A DNA stretch of 64,000 nucleotides, from positions 35,790 to 99,789 of the IMG/VR virus record IMGVR_UViG_3300042564_004221, one strand, 5' to 3'. The translations under genes were made by a program, and so were the position numbers. The DNA comes from a virus. A model generated the notes under the pieces. The model was not told the DNA's origin. It made no database searches and saw only the letters and a program-made list of their open reading frames with translations. Numbering within the stretch: the first letter of the stretch is position 1; the number at the start of each line of letters is the position of its first letter. Shown here piece by piece: positions 10,551 to 20,249 of the stretch.

Positions 10551-13500
10551 TTATTGAGTATTTTGTTTTGAATTTATCTAACGCACTTTCACCTTTCATA
10601 ATACCAAAATAAAATTGGAATGGAGCTCCAACAATAAATTTAGCAGATTTTGTACCTGTTGCACTATACTTACCTGTTACAGGGTCAACACTAAAGATAT
10701 ACCCTCTTTTATTTAAATCATCTTTATCGGGACTTGTACTTAAGTTTTCACTTATAAAATAACTTGGTGTTGCTCCAGGTATTTCAGTTCTATCCAATGA
10801 CTGGTATTTTTTACCCTGAACAATATCCGCTTCCTCTGTTGCCCAACTATTATATTGACTACCAAATATTGTATTATTAGTAACACCAGTATTTAACCCC
10901 CATTGATAGAACGGCACAACTTGTGATTTAATACCATATGGATACGGGTAGTATCCAACATCATTATTACCTCTAAAATTAATTCTTCCTGGTGTTAAAA
11001 AATCTTTAGTTTGTAAATTTTGTGTTGTTGATGAGAACCACACAGCCATAACAGGGTTATCTGCGGTACCTAAAATACTTGTTGGGGGTGATGAGTCATA
11101 ATATTCGGGTGAGAAATTAATATTCCCAATTTCACTATTAATTGACAATAACTGAGCAAAATCACCATCGACTCTTCTAAGAGCAAAATCACTTTTACGT
11201 CCAGGTCTTGAGAATAATTGGTTAACTGAGTTATCACCTACCGATAAAATCTGTGCAAGAAAACTTTCATCCGTTATTCTTGATATTACAAATAGGTTTA
11301 CAAGGTCTGAAGTATCTCCATAACTTGTAGAATCAATGTCAGGGATAATATATGCTCTTGTTGAGGGGTCAAATGAAAGTTCCGAATAAAAACTATCTTT
11401 ATATCCTAAATTTGCAATTGTGGTGGGGAACATTAAATTAACCTTGTTAACTGATGTTGGTTCATTTGTTCTTCTACCAACAAATTTACTATCAGACATA
11501 CGATATGGACTACTTCTGTAATAAAAATTAGTTGTCTTATCATCAAAATAGGATAAGTGATTGCAGAATATTGGTGTTTTTGGTTTGTTTTGTTTATCAT
11601 AAAAAGTGTCAACCTGTAATGGAAACATATATAGGGAACCATTAACCCAATTATTTGTAAATGTTTGAGATAATACTCCTCTACATAAAGCATAAAAGAA
11701 TCTAAATCTATAACTCCATTCTAAAAAGTTTTTTAAGTCCTTACCTAAATCTAATAGTGGTTTGTTCACAAACACATAACAACCTAATTCAATGTTATCG
11801 GAATCCGAACATCCAGGTTTAATCCCAAAATCTTTTCCAAACCCAGTGTAACATTTTAATCCAACCATTTTTTCACAACTAAAACTTTCTAACACAGTTT
11901 CTGCGTTTGGTAAACCCTCAAGTTCTGCGGTAACAATAGAAGCCCCTGTACTGGCACCGTTAACCGATACATTAGTACCATCCTCACTTAATAGATAAGT
12001 TTGAAATCCAAGATTTTGTTGTAGTAACGGTTGAGAAGCGGAACCGTCTTGGAAATAATCTGATGATGGTAATCTATCAGTCCTCATAACATTAAGAGTT
12101 TTAGTACTAATAGTCATACCCGTTTTAGTTGGTAATGAGGGCGTGTAAGAATAATCAGTTGGGAAAATATCAGAATAGTAGCTTGAACTTCCGTCCCTAT
12201 TTTTTGGTGCAAGGTCAAAATTAATATAAACACCGTTCCCTGATAAATCTTCAGATGAGTCATAGTAAGCATTTCCCGTTCCTTGAGCCGCTTGGTTAGC
12301 TCCTTGTGATACTAAACATTTAACCCCGCCAAGAGTAGTTGTAGTAAAATATGTTGAGCTAGGAAGATTACCATCCAAAACACCATAATACCTAACAGCG
12401 TTGGTTGAAAATGCGGAAAATTGTAATCCAGGAATTTGAGAATTATTAATACCCGCCTCAAAAAAGTGAGATGGTGTGAATATAGCACTTTGACCTGATT
12501 GGAAGTTTTGTACAGATATACCACCAGATGGTACAATTTGAATTGGTGTATTAATCCTTGTTGATGCCGTAAAAGTAACATCACTATTAGTTGTAAATCC
12601 AAATAACGCTCCAACGCCGTATTCATTATTATATAATGGTGAATATGGGTCTACACCTCTTTGTAATATTGTTACATATTGATTGTCAAAATTTTCAAAA
12701 CAATTTTTATAAGGCACTGAGTTTGATAACGTTTTGGTAACAGATAATAATGTTTCTTTATAATTTAAAGTAACCAAAATATTACCATCTAATATACTTG
12801 GGAATGTCTCAGTGCCTGGACTTGGATTAGTAAGATTAAAATATTCTGTTATGGTAAGTGCCGTTAATACTTGGAAATACTCGATATCTAAAGGATATTT
12901 ATACCTTTGGCATGTTGGGCCAAGATTGGTTACAGTATACACTGCGGTTCCTCCTGTGGTTGATATGTCAATACAATCATTATCAACTATTGTATGTGAA
13001 CCTGTAGTAATATATGTTAATGTTTTTGTTTCACCAAAACAAGTATTGTAAGTTGTCGTACCAGTACTTATAATATTTATGGTTAAACTAGCAACACATT
13101 GAGATTCTCCATCTCCAACTGAACCACCATTTAACCTATATGATTGTGTTAGTTGAGTATGTTGTCCATTAGATATTGATGTACTAGCGCCGCTCACTGT
13201 AATTGTACCTCCTGTTGGTAACAGTGCTTTTCCTTGTATCCCCCTAACCACTCCTGCAAATTTAGTTTCACCTGTCCATAGATAATTAACATCCTGACTA
13301 AGTGTAGGACTAACAAATGTTAATAATTGACCTGCCTCATATTTTTCACTATAAACAACTGTTAAGGTATTATCTGTATGTTTTTTACCAATATTAGAAG
13401 AGTAATCAAAAGTAACATCAATCTGATTAACCCCATCAAAATATTTTTTACGAGTGTTAAATACGTTAATTCTTTCACTTAAAGTTAACCCTGAAGTATA

Positions 13501-15672
13501 AGCCCATATGCGTCTAAAAGAACCATCTGCACTATATATCTTAGATTTTGTAGATTTAAAAGTACTCCTATTATTTATTGGATTATTTCTACTTCCTACC
13601 GCCTCACTAACTGCGGTTGTTGCAACAGTTTTACTATCTCTATTCTCTTCTTCTTTATCTGCACCTGTTTTATTAAAGTCACCACCAAAATTAAAAGTAT
13701 CAAATAATTTTTGAGAATACTTACCACTATCACTAAATTGAGTTATTGTAGAACTTGCTGGTGATGAAATACCATCTTCAACCGTCTCTTCAGGTGTACA
13801 TTCACAAGCTTGACAATCAGGATAAGTCATCATAGATAATTTAAATCTTCCAAATTTTTGTTTCACTATTTTCTTAAAATTAAGAATTAATAATGTTGCT
13901 CCAGTCCCGTATAATAAAGTTTGTGCAATAAAACCCGCAATCATACCTGCGGTCGCACCAAAAACTGCGGTACCTGCAATCGCACCTGCTGTTAAATATC
14001 CATAATTAACTGCGTTATATGTAAAATTTAAAATTAAATATGCTAAAATTAATACCGCAAAATTATTCCATAAAAACACAAGAAAATGATATGCTATTAA
14101 CAATATTGGTCCAACTATTGACAGTATTTGAAATACAATTGAAAATAAAAAGAAGATAAAATCAAAATTTCTAAATCCTTCGTTTACAGGAAATTTATTA
14201 ATTGTTGAATCACAATCTTGACTGTCAATTTCTTTAATACCTACAAATCTACCTCTAGCACCTTTTTTATATTCATCAATTAATAATGATGGAGTATATA
14301 CTTTATTAAAATCAAACTGATAAAAAGTATCATCACAGTTAATTACTTCATTTAATCTATTATAATATTCATTTCCAGATGTTTTACTAAATCCGTCTGT
14401 ATATCCACTCCAAGCCAATCCAAAATAATACGAACTTGATAATTGGTTCTTAGCGGTTGCATTCCCTTTCAATGGGTCATCTGAAGAATTTGCCCAACCA
14501 TATTCTTTAACATTTGGTAATAGATAATAAGGTCGTCTTGTTTGCTGAGTTAAGGTTGCAGGTTGTTGCCATTTAACCTTAAATCTATACTTGGACTTAG
14601 TTGGGATACCAATAGTTGGGTCATAAGAAATTACTCTGTCACCAAATTCATTTGTTATATAATAATCCAAATTCATTGGTAGTTCGGTTAACCATGTACC
14701 TGAACCATCAATAATATTACCCGACTGTTCTAATTGATATTGTTCTAACACTGGATTACCTTCATCATCTTGGTAGATTGTTTGTCGTATTGCTAATATT
14801 TGCCCAGGTCCTGTTGTTAATTGACATAGGTTACCCATATTATCACGAGGTTTACAACCCCTCCTTACTCTAAAGGAATCTTCAGTTGAATATATTGAAC
14901 CCATGAAAGTTGCCGTAGGTTGTATATCAACATTTGCACTATCTCTTAAATCAAAATCAACACGATTGATGGCAATATCACATAATTCAGGGTCACCCCA
15001 AAGCGGAGAAACTTCTAAATTCTTAACAACATTAATAATCTGTGGTAACGAATTCAAATCATTAGAACTTCTAAATCTATTTCCTGCAACTTGAGTTTCT
15101 GTTGCAAGTCCCATTCTAATTAAATCTTGTGGAGTTAATGAAAACTCACCAATATCTGATAAGTCAACATCCATAACTAAAGTGTGGTCACCTTGTGGTA
15201 CCCCCATTATCATATAGTCACCACTATCGTTTGTCTTTACAGTAAACTTATAGTATTTGTCGTATATTTCTACTGCGGTCGCTCCTGTTAGATTGTCTAA
15301 TCTTGTTGGTAATGTGCCTGTTGCCGCGTGAGCTGAATATGATTGTTCGTAAGGAAGTAAATTATATCTAAACCCATCTTCATTTTTATCATTTGGTGAT
15401 TTGTATGGATAGATACTTGAAATTATTGGGTTTGATTCATCAATAGAACTTATTGGTATGAAGATTGAAACTCTTGCATTTGGTAATCCAAATCCGTTGT
15501 TTGCTGTAACTCTTCCTACAACCACACCATACTGTGCACAACTTTTAATATACACATCCTCTTGTTGAATCTTTAATGATAAAATCTCTAAAAATTCATA
15601 CTCTTGGTCTAGTTGGATATTAATGGTTTTATTAATACCTAATTCTGTTCTTATTCTATACGATTGACCCAT
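10543..15672 (-). CDS. Very large tail/baseplate protein with carboxypeptidase-regulatory-like N-terminal beta domain and internal hydrophobic helices
   Basis: 1709 aa; VVGRVTANNGFGLPNARVSI motif; ~95-aa hydrophobic stretch near aa 503-598. Confidence 0.6.
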   Translation of the reverse strand: MGQSYRIRTELGINKTINIQLDQEYEFLEILSLKIQQEDVYIKSCAQYGVVVGRVTANNGFGLPNARVSIFIPISSIDESNPIISSIYPYKSPNDKNEDGFRYNLLPYEQSYSAHAATGTLPTRLDNLTGATAVEIYDKYYKFTVKTNDSGDYMIMGVPQGDHTLVMDVDLSDIGEFSLTPQDLIRMGLATETQVAGNRFRSSNDLNSLPQIINVVKNLEVSPLWGDPELCDIAINRVDFDLRDSANVDIQPTATFMGSIYSTEDSFRVRRGCKPRDNMGNLCQLTTGPGQILAIRQTIYQDDEGNPVLEQYQLEQSGNIIDGSGTWLTELPMNLDYYITNEFGDRVISYDPTIGIPTKSKYRFKVKWQQPATLTQQTRRPYYLLPNVKEYGWANSSDDPLKGNATAKNQLSSSYYFGLAWSGYTDGFSKTSGNEYYNRLNEVINCDDTFYQFDFNKVYTPSLLIDEYKKGARGRFVGIKEIDSQDCDSTINKFPVNEGFRNFDFIFFLFSIVFQILSIVGPILLIAYHFLVFLWNNFAVLILAYLILNFTYNAVNYGYLTAGAIAGTAVFGATAGMIAGFIAQTLLYGTGATLLILNFKKIVKQKFGRFKLSMMTYPDCQACECTPEETVEDGISSPASSTITQFSDSGKYSQKLFDTFNFGGDFNKTGADKEEENRDSKTVATTAVSEAVGSRNNPINNRSTFKSTKSKIYSADGSFRRIWAYTSGLTLSERINVFNTRKKYFDGVNQIDVTFDYSSNIGKKHTDNTLTVVYSEKYEAGQLLTFVSPTLSQDVNYLWTGETKFAGVVRGIQGKALLPTGGTITVSGASTSISNGQHTQLTQSYRLNGGSVGDGESQCVASLTINIISTGTTTYNTCFGETKTLTYITTGSHTIVDNDCIDISTTGGTAVYTVTNLGPTCQRYKYPLDIEYFQVLTALTITEYFNLTNPSPGTETFPSILDGNILVTLNYKETLLSVTKTLSNSVPYKNCFENFDNQYVTILQRGVDPYSPLYNNEYGVGALFGFTTNSDVTFTASTRINTPIQIVPSGGISVQNFQSGQSAIFTPSHFFEAGINNSQIPGLQFSAFSTNAVRYYGVLDGNLPSSTYFTTTTLGGVKCLVSQGANQAAQGTGNAYYDSSEDLSGNGVYINFDLAPKNRDGSSSYYSDIFPTDYSYTPSLPTKTGMTISTKTLNVMRTDRLPSSDYFQDGSASQPLLQQNLGFQTYLLSEDGTNVSVNGASTGASIVTAELEGLPNAETVLESFSCEKMVGLKCYTGFGKDFGIKPGCSDSDNIELGCYVFVNKPLLDLGKDLKNFLEWSYRFRFFYALCRGVLSQTFTNNWVNGSLYMFPLQVDTFYDKQNKPKTPIFCNHLSYFDDKTTNFYYRSSPYRMSDSKFVGRRTNEPTSVNKVNLMFPTTIANLGYKDSFYSELSFDPSTRAYIIPDIDSTSYGDTSDLVNLFVISRITDESFLAQILSVGDNSVNQLFSRPGRKSDFALRRVDGDFAQLLSINSEIGNINFSPEYYDSSPPTSILGTADNPVMAVWFSSTTQNLQTKDFLTPGRINFRGNNDVGYYPYPYGIKSQVVPFYQWGLNTGVTNNTIFGSQYNSWATEEADIVQGKKYQSLDRTEIPGATPSYFISENLSTSPDKDDLNKRGYIFSVDPVTGKYSATGTKSAKFIVGAPFQFYFGIMKGESALDKFKTKYSISE

Positions 15673-15763
15673 CAGTTTCCTTTAGTTTATAAATAGTTTA
15701 TGTGGAATTTTTAAAGTATCCACACCATTAAATAATAACCTAAAGAAAAATAAAATAAACTTG

Positions 15764-17602
15764 TTATGAAAAAGTAATAGATTGGAAATTCTTAACCGAA
15801 ACTCTGATATCCTTATTTGGGTATCTAATCTGATAAACTTGCGATGGTTGAGCAAAGATGGTATCATCAACAGGTCCAATTAATTTTGTTTCAGGGTTTG
15901 AATATGTCATCGATGTTTCTGCAGACGAATATTGTCCACCAACTTCATTAAACGTATCAATATTAGACACCGTTAACACACCATTTGTATTTTGTATTAA
16001 ACTTCTAATTTCAGATAGATAAACATTTTGTCCTAATTGTCTTGTTTGAGGATTCAAGTATGCAGATACTTTATCAACAACACTTGAGATTACTTGTCCT
16101 GAATTCTGAGCAGAATCTAATACAATTGAAATGTCCATACTTAAGTCAATAACTTCAGCACTGAAGATTGAAATATAATCATTCATCATTCTATAGTTAG
16201 ACAAATAATTTGCAATGTTCTGTTTTAACGTGTTTGAAACTATGTTAGTTAATTTACCTGAAGTATCATAAGATAATATTTGAATTAGAATTTTGTTGTC
16301 ATTTTCAGTGATTGAAACTTTAGCAGGTGCTCCAAACTGAGCTGGCATGTTTCTAATTAATGATTCATAATCCTGAACAGTAACCGCTCTTTTTTGTGCT
16401 GCAAAGTTGAATGAAACATAGTTTCTAATTTCTTCTAAGGAAGGAATACCCGCACCACCAACCGCAGCGGTTACGTTAACACATCTTAATGAATTAACAA
16501 CCGCAGAGTTTGTTGTCTCTGATGGTCCATTAACAAAGAATGAAACAGTACCAAGGGAATTAATTACATTTGTTCCTAAGTTTGTTGCCAAACCACCACC
16601 AACTCTATATTGGATAAAGAGTGTTGAGTTTGGAGTTAATGTTGAACCTAATGAAAGGTTATTTGAATATTTTTGTAAATCTAATGTAGTACCTAAAGTT
16701 GTGAATTGATTTAATTGGTCTTGAGCGGTATTTGTACCTCCACCGAATGTCATCTTCTTAAATCCTTCAGGTGTATATTCAGTTATAAATCTAGTTTGTG
16801 TTTGAATGTATTTACCAACTTTAATACCAGGTTGGTCCGAAACTTTAGTTGGGTCTTCAATAAAAACTCTGTCCTCTGCCAATGCATCAACCTCATACCA
16901 TTTATTGTCTAACCCTAAAAATTCAGAAACTGATGGAGTGTTTGTATAATTCGTACCATTCTTTAATAAGACACTTGTAATACCTAAAACATTTTTTTCA
17001 GGTAAAAATAACTCAAAGAAAGGTTTAACATCGTTAGCATTAATTACTTTTTTGAAAACTTTGGTAATACCATTAACAACAAGTTCTCGTTTTGTAATAG
17101 TATAATTAATTAATATGTTATTCGCATTAAAATTTGGAATCTTTAGTCTATTTGGGAATCCTTGAGAATTGTATGGTGAGGCAAAATCAATGTCATATAC
17201 ATTCTCAAATACGATACCAGCTCCGACAACTTGTGAACCTCTCGATAAGGTACCAAGATATCTTTCATCTTCTTTATCACCAAACGCAGGAACTGTAATT
17301 GAAAAATCAACTAAAGATACTGATGGTCTTTGACCTGGTAACTTTAATCCATAAGTTCTGGCTATATTATATATTGATGACCTTTGTTGTGCATATTGTA
17401 ATACAGTTTCCTGAATACTTCTATCAATATTGTAGTGTAGATTATCCGCAACCGCAGCATTTAAATCAAGGAATACCGAGAATACTGAAGCATCATTAAA
17501 ATCTTGAATTAACTCAGGATAATAAGTTTTGGCGTAGTTTAAGAGTTCAGTTCTTATTGACTGATAATCTCTGGTTGTATATGATATTCTATTATTTGCC
17601 AT
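15764..17602 (-). CDS. Baseplate wedge subunit (T4 gp6/baseplate J-like)
   Basis: RDYQSIRTEL N-terminus; AQKRAVTVQDY motif; follows gp25-like gene. Confidence 0.85.
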   Translation of the reverse strand: MANNRISYTTRDYQSIRTELLNYAKTYYPELIQDFNDASVFSVFLDLNAAVADNLHYNIDRSIQETVLQYAQQRSSIYNIARTYGLKLPGQRPSVSLVDFSITVPAFGDKEDERYLGTLSRGSQVVGAGIVFENVYDIDFASPYNSQGFPNRLKIPNFNANNILINYTITKRELVVNGITKVFKKVINANDVKPFFELFLPEKNVLGITSVLLKNGTNYTNTPSVSEFLGLDNKWYEVDALAEDRVFIEDPTKVSDQPGIKVGKYIQTQTRFITEYTPEGFKKMTFGGGTNTAQDQLNQFTTLGTTLDLQKYSNNLSLGSTLTPNSTLFIQYRVGGGLATNLGTNVINSLGTVSFFVNGPSETTNSAVVNSLRCVNVTAAVGGAGIPSLEEIRNYVSFNFAAQKRAVTVQDYESLIRNMPAQFGAPAKVSITENDNKILIQILSYDTSGKLTNIVSNTLKQNIANYLSNYRMMNDYISIFSAEVIDLSMDISIVLDSAQNSGQVISSVVDKVSAYLNPQTRQLGQNVYLSEIRSLIQNTNGVLTVSNIDTFNEVGGQYSSAETSMTYSNPETKLIGPVDDTIFAQPSQVYQIRYPNKDIRVSVKNFQSITFS

Positions 17603-17607
17603 TTATA

Positions 17608-18078
17608 TTAAATATTAATAATTATAAAATCACTTTGACCAAAGGTTGAACCATTGGTTGAGTAATCTAATCTTATTTTTGCTGTGTATTCGGAGGTTCC
17701 TTTACCAGGAAATCTATAAATTGAAGATTGGTTTGTTCCCGCAGTATTTTGTCCTGTTGCTATATCCGCCTCTTCTTGTGGGTCTGCAGGAGTTATACTC
17801 AAACTATTAACTAACAAGTTTGGCATAAAGTTCTCAATAGCATCTCTAATGTCAGATTCAATTGCATTAAAAGTTAATCCGTCAAAAGGTTCAAAAAGGA
17901 ATTCGTATAATCTTGTACCAAATTGTGGTAAAAAATATCTCGAACCTTTTCTTGTTAATAACAAATGAATTAAATCCGCTTTAATTTCTTGAGCTTGAAA
18001 TTCTGTTAATTCTAAGTAATCCCCTCTTCTTGAATCTCTGAAGGGAAAATTAATACCGTATGTAGTTCCATTAGCCAT
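17608..18078 (-). CDS. Baseplate wedge/sheath-initiation protein (gp25/GPW family)
   Basis: LLLTRKGSRYFLPQFGTRLYEFLFEP is the gp25 signature; start placed at ATG 18078 (MANG). Confidence 0.85.
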   Translation of the reverse strand: MANGTTYGINFPFRDSRRGDYLELTEFQAQEIKADLIHLLLTRKGSRYFLPQFGTRLYEFLFEPFDGLTFNAIESDIRDAIENFMPNLLVNSLSITPADPQEEADIATGQNTAGTNQSSIYRFPGKGTSEYTAKIRLDYSTNGSTFGQSDFIIINI

Positions 18079-18292
18079 TACCAATAAATATAGTAGTATT
18101 TCCTTTTATGTGAACTGGAGTATATGGACAATTTTTACATCCATTCCCGCAACAACTACCTCTCTTAATATGGTATGACTCAGTCATAACTACTTTACCA
18201 TCTTCAAAATAAAAATCAGTTGGTTCATGATTACTTGCCATAATTTTTTTAACACGTTCTTGGTTAATCCAATCTTCAGTATTTTTTATCAT
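18071..18292 (-). CDS. Small Cys-rich protein (DUF5522-like)
   Basis: HIKRGSCCGNGCKNCPY motif. Confidence 0.7.
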   Translation of the reverse strand: MIKNTEDWINQERVKKIMASNHEPTDFYFEDGKVVMTESYHIKRGSCCGNGCKNCPYTPVHIKGNTTIFIGNG

Positions 18293-18304
18293 AGTATTAT
18301 ATAA

Positions 18305-18337
18305 ATAAAAAAGGAATATGTGTTTTTTACATATTCC
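18305..18337 (-). terminator. Intrinsic terminator after nrdJ
   Basis: 9-bp stem GGAATATGT/ACATATTCC followed by a T-run on the minus strand. Confidence 0.6.
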
Positions 18338-18362
18338 CTTAATTATTAAGATTTATTTTTAA

Positions 18363-20222
18363 TTATTTGATTTCGCACGCTCCACCTGAACAAGCCAACT
18401 CACCACTTAAATCAGTTTCGTCAGTTAGTTCAACAACTTTTGACAAATCAATTGAGTGAAGTTTTGAGAATAATCTTTCAAATTCTTCTTTAGTACAATC
18501 GGTAAAAGGTGCTTGAACGTAACTTCCGTTATCATATGGAAGTACAGATAGTCCATTATAAAAATCTCTGTTATCCCAAAACCACTCGCCAGCTAAATCC
18601 CAATCTTCAGGTTTTAAACTAATTGTTGCAGATACGTTATGACTATTTGAACCACTTCTGTGTCCAGGTTTAACCCATTCTTGTGTAATTTTTTTAACAC
18701 GCTCTAATAATTGGAATGGACTTTCAGTTCTTAAAATTGCCCCCTCAGGTGCTTTTTGTGGTACCGAAATAACCGCTGTATCGTGTGGACGGAAAAATTC
18801 ATCCTCAACTAATTCAGGGTGATTGTTTAATAAATAACTGTAAATTGATTCGTTTTTACCTACACGGATTCTACGGATGTAATAATCGTTGTGCCAAGCG
18901 TGAATACCTGATGAAGTTCCTAAAGTTAATGAGGTTGTTCCTGCAGGTTTTACAGTTGTTGTACGAGCCGATTTATTAATACCAATTATCTCAGCAACTC
19001 TTGAATTTTCTTCTTTAACAACTTTCGCAGCTTCTTTCATATCATAACCCAAGACAACACCTGAACCAATACCTGTCATAGATACACCGATTAAAGCGTC
19101 TTTCTCAGTTGTTCTTTTCCAAATATCACGAAGGTAATGGAAGTTAGTATAACCCGCCTGTAATGTTCCGATGAACGCTGCCGCTTTAACACGAGCGTTT
19201 AAATCTTCTTGTGAATCAATGTCAGAAACATTTACCTCACATAAGTTACAGAATTGATTTGGTCTTAATGCGATTTCACAACAAGGGTTTGTTCCCCAAT
19301 CTTTATCGTTAGTGAAATAGATACCAGGTTCACCTGCTCCTGAAGCCTCAACACGTTTCCATAAATCCATAAAGAAATCTTTAGTGATTTTATGTCTAAC
19401 CAATGCCGCTGAGTTGTTTGCTCTACCTCTTTGTGGATTTTGTTCCCACCATGCTCCTGACTTACAAGAAATCATCTCTTGGTCATCTGCACTGAATAAT
19501 GAAATAAGTGCCGCTCTACGAATACCACCTGCTAACACCGCATCTGCAATATGACAAACCATATCGTGAACTTCAATCGGGGTTAATTTATCATCATCCT
19601 CTTTTGAATCCAACATAGTGGTTAACTTATAGATACAATCTTTCAATGGTTGAGGACCTGGTGCTTTACCACCTGAAGTTACAAGTTGAGCTCCTTTTGG
19701 TCTAATGTCTGAATAATCAAACACAATTGTTGATGACGCTTTACCGAAGTAAGATTTCATTAATACTTTAATTGCGTCTGCCCATCCTTCAATAGAGTCA
19801 CCGATTAAAAATCTTGTGGTATATTTTGGATTTGGTTTTCTAATTTCAGGTAATTTTTCTACGTGATGTTTTTGAACTGAATAACCAACACCTGTTCCTC
19901 CTAATAGTAAGAACATTGACTCAGAGAATGCATCCAAGTGGTCGATAGGTAGATAAGCACAATTGTAGATTCTGTTTGGAGAAATTTCAATTGGTTTACC
20001 ACCAAATTGCATTGACCTCATTGAGGGTAATACTTTTTTATCATATACCATTTTGTATACTTCTGTAATCTCATCTTTCAATGATGGGTATTTTTTAATA
20101 TGCATGTTCATATTACGGGTTACCAATTCTTCCCACGTTTCGCGTCTGTTTAATTCTGGTACGAACTTAGCGTACTTCATATAAACTGTTAAATCTGACA
20201 ATATCTGTTGTGATGCGTCCAT
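18363..20222 (-). CDS. nrdJ: Class II adenosylcobalamin-dependent ribonucleotide reductase (monomeric RTPR type)
   Basis: PSMRSM, YNC, TNPCCEI, TVKPAGTTS and C-terminal CSGGAC; no small-subunit gene nearby. Confidence 0.9.
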   Translation of the reverse strand: MDASQQILSDLTVYMKYAKFVPELNRRETWEELVTRNMNMHIKKYPSLKDEITEVYKMVYDKKVLPSMRSMQFGGKPIEISPNRIYNCAYLPIDHLDAFSESMFLLLGGTGVGYSVQKHHVEKLPEIRKPNPKYTTRFLIGDSIEGWADAIKVLMKSYFGKASSTIVFDYSDIRPKGAQLVTSGGKAPGPQPLKDCIYKLTTMLDSKEDDDKLTPIEVHDMVCHIADAVLAGGIRRAALISLFSADDQEMISCKSGAWWEQNPQRGRANNSAALVRHKITKDFFMDLWKRVEASGAGEPGIYFTNDKDWGTNPCCEIALRPNQFCNLCEVNVSDIDSQEDLNARVKAAAFIGTLQAGYTNFHYLRDIWKRTTEKDALIGVSMTGIGSGVVLGYDMKEAAKVVKEENSRVAEIIGINKSARTTTVKPAGTTSLTLGTSSGIHAWHNDYYIRRIRVGKNESIYSYLLNNHPELVEDEFFRPHDTAVISVPQKAPEGAILRTESPFQLLERVKKITQEWVKPGHRSGSNSHNVSATISLKPEDWDLAGEWFWDNRDFYNGLSVLPYDNGSYVQAPFTDCTKEEFERLFSKLHSIDLSKVVELTDETDLSGELACSGGACEIK

Positions 20223-20249
20223 AATTTTTTCTTCTTTGTTTATTTAATT

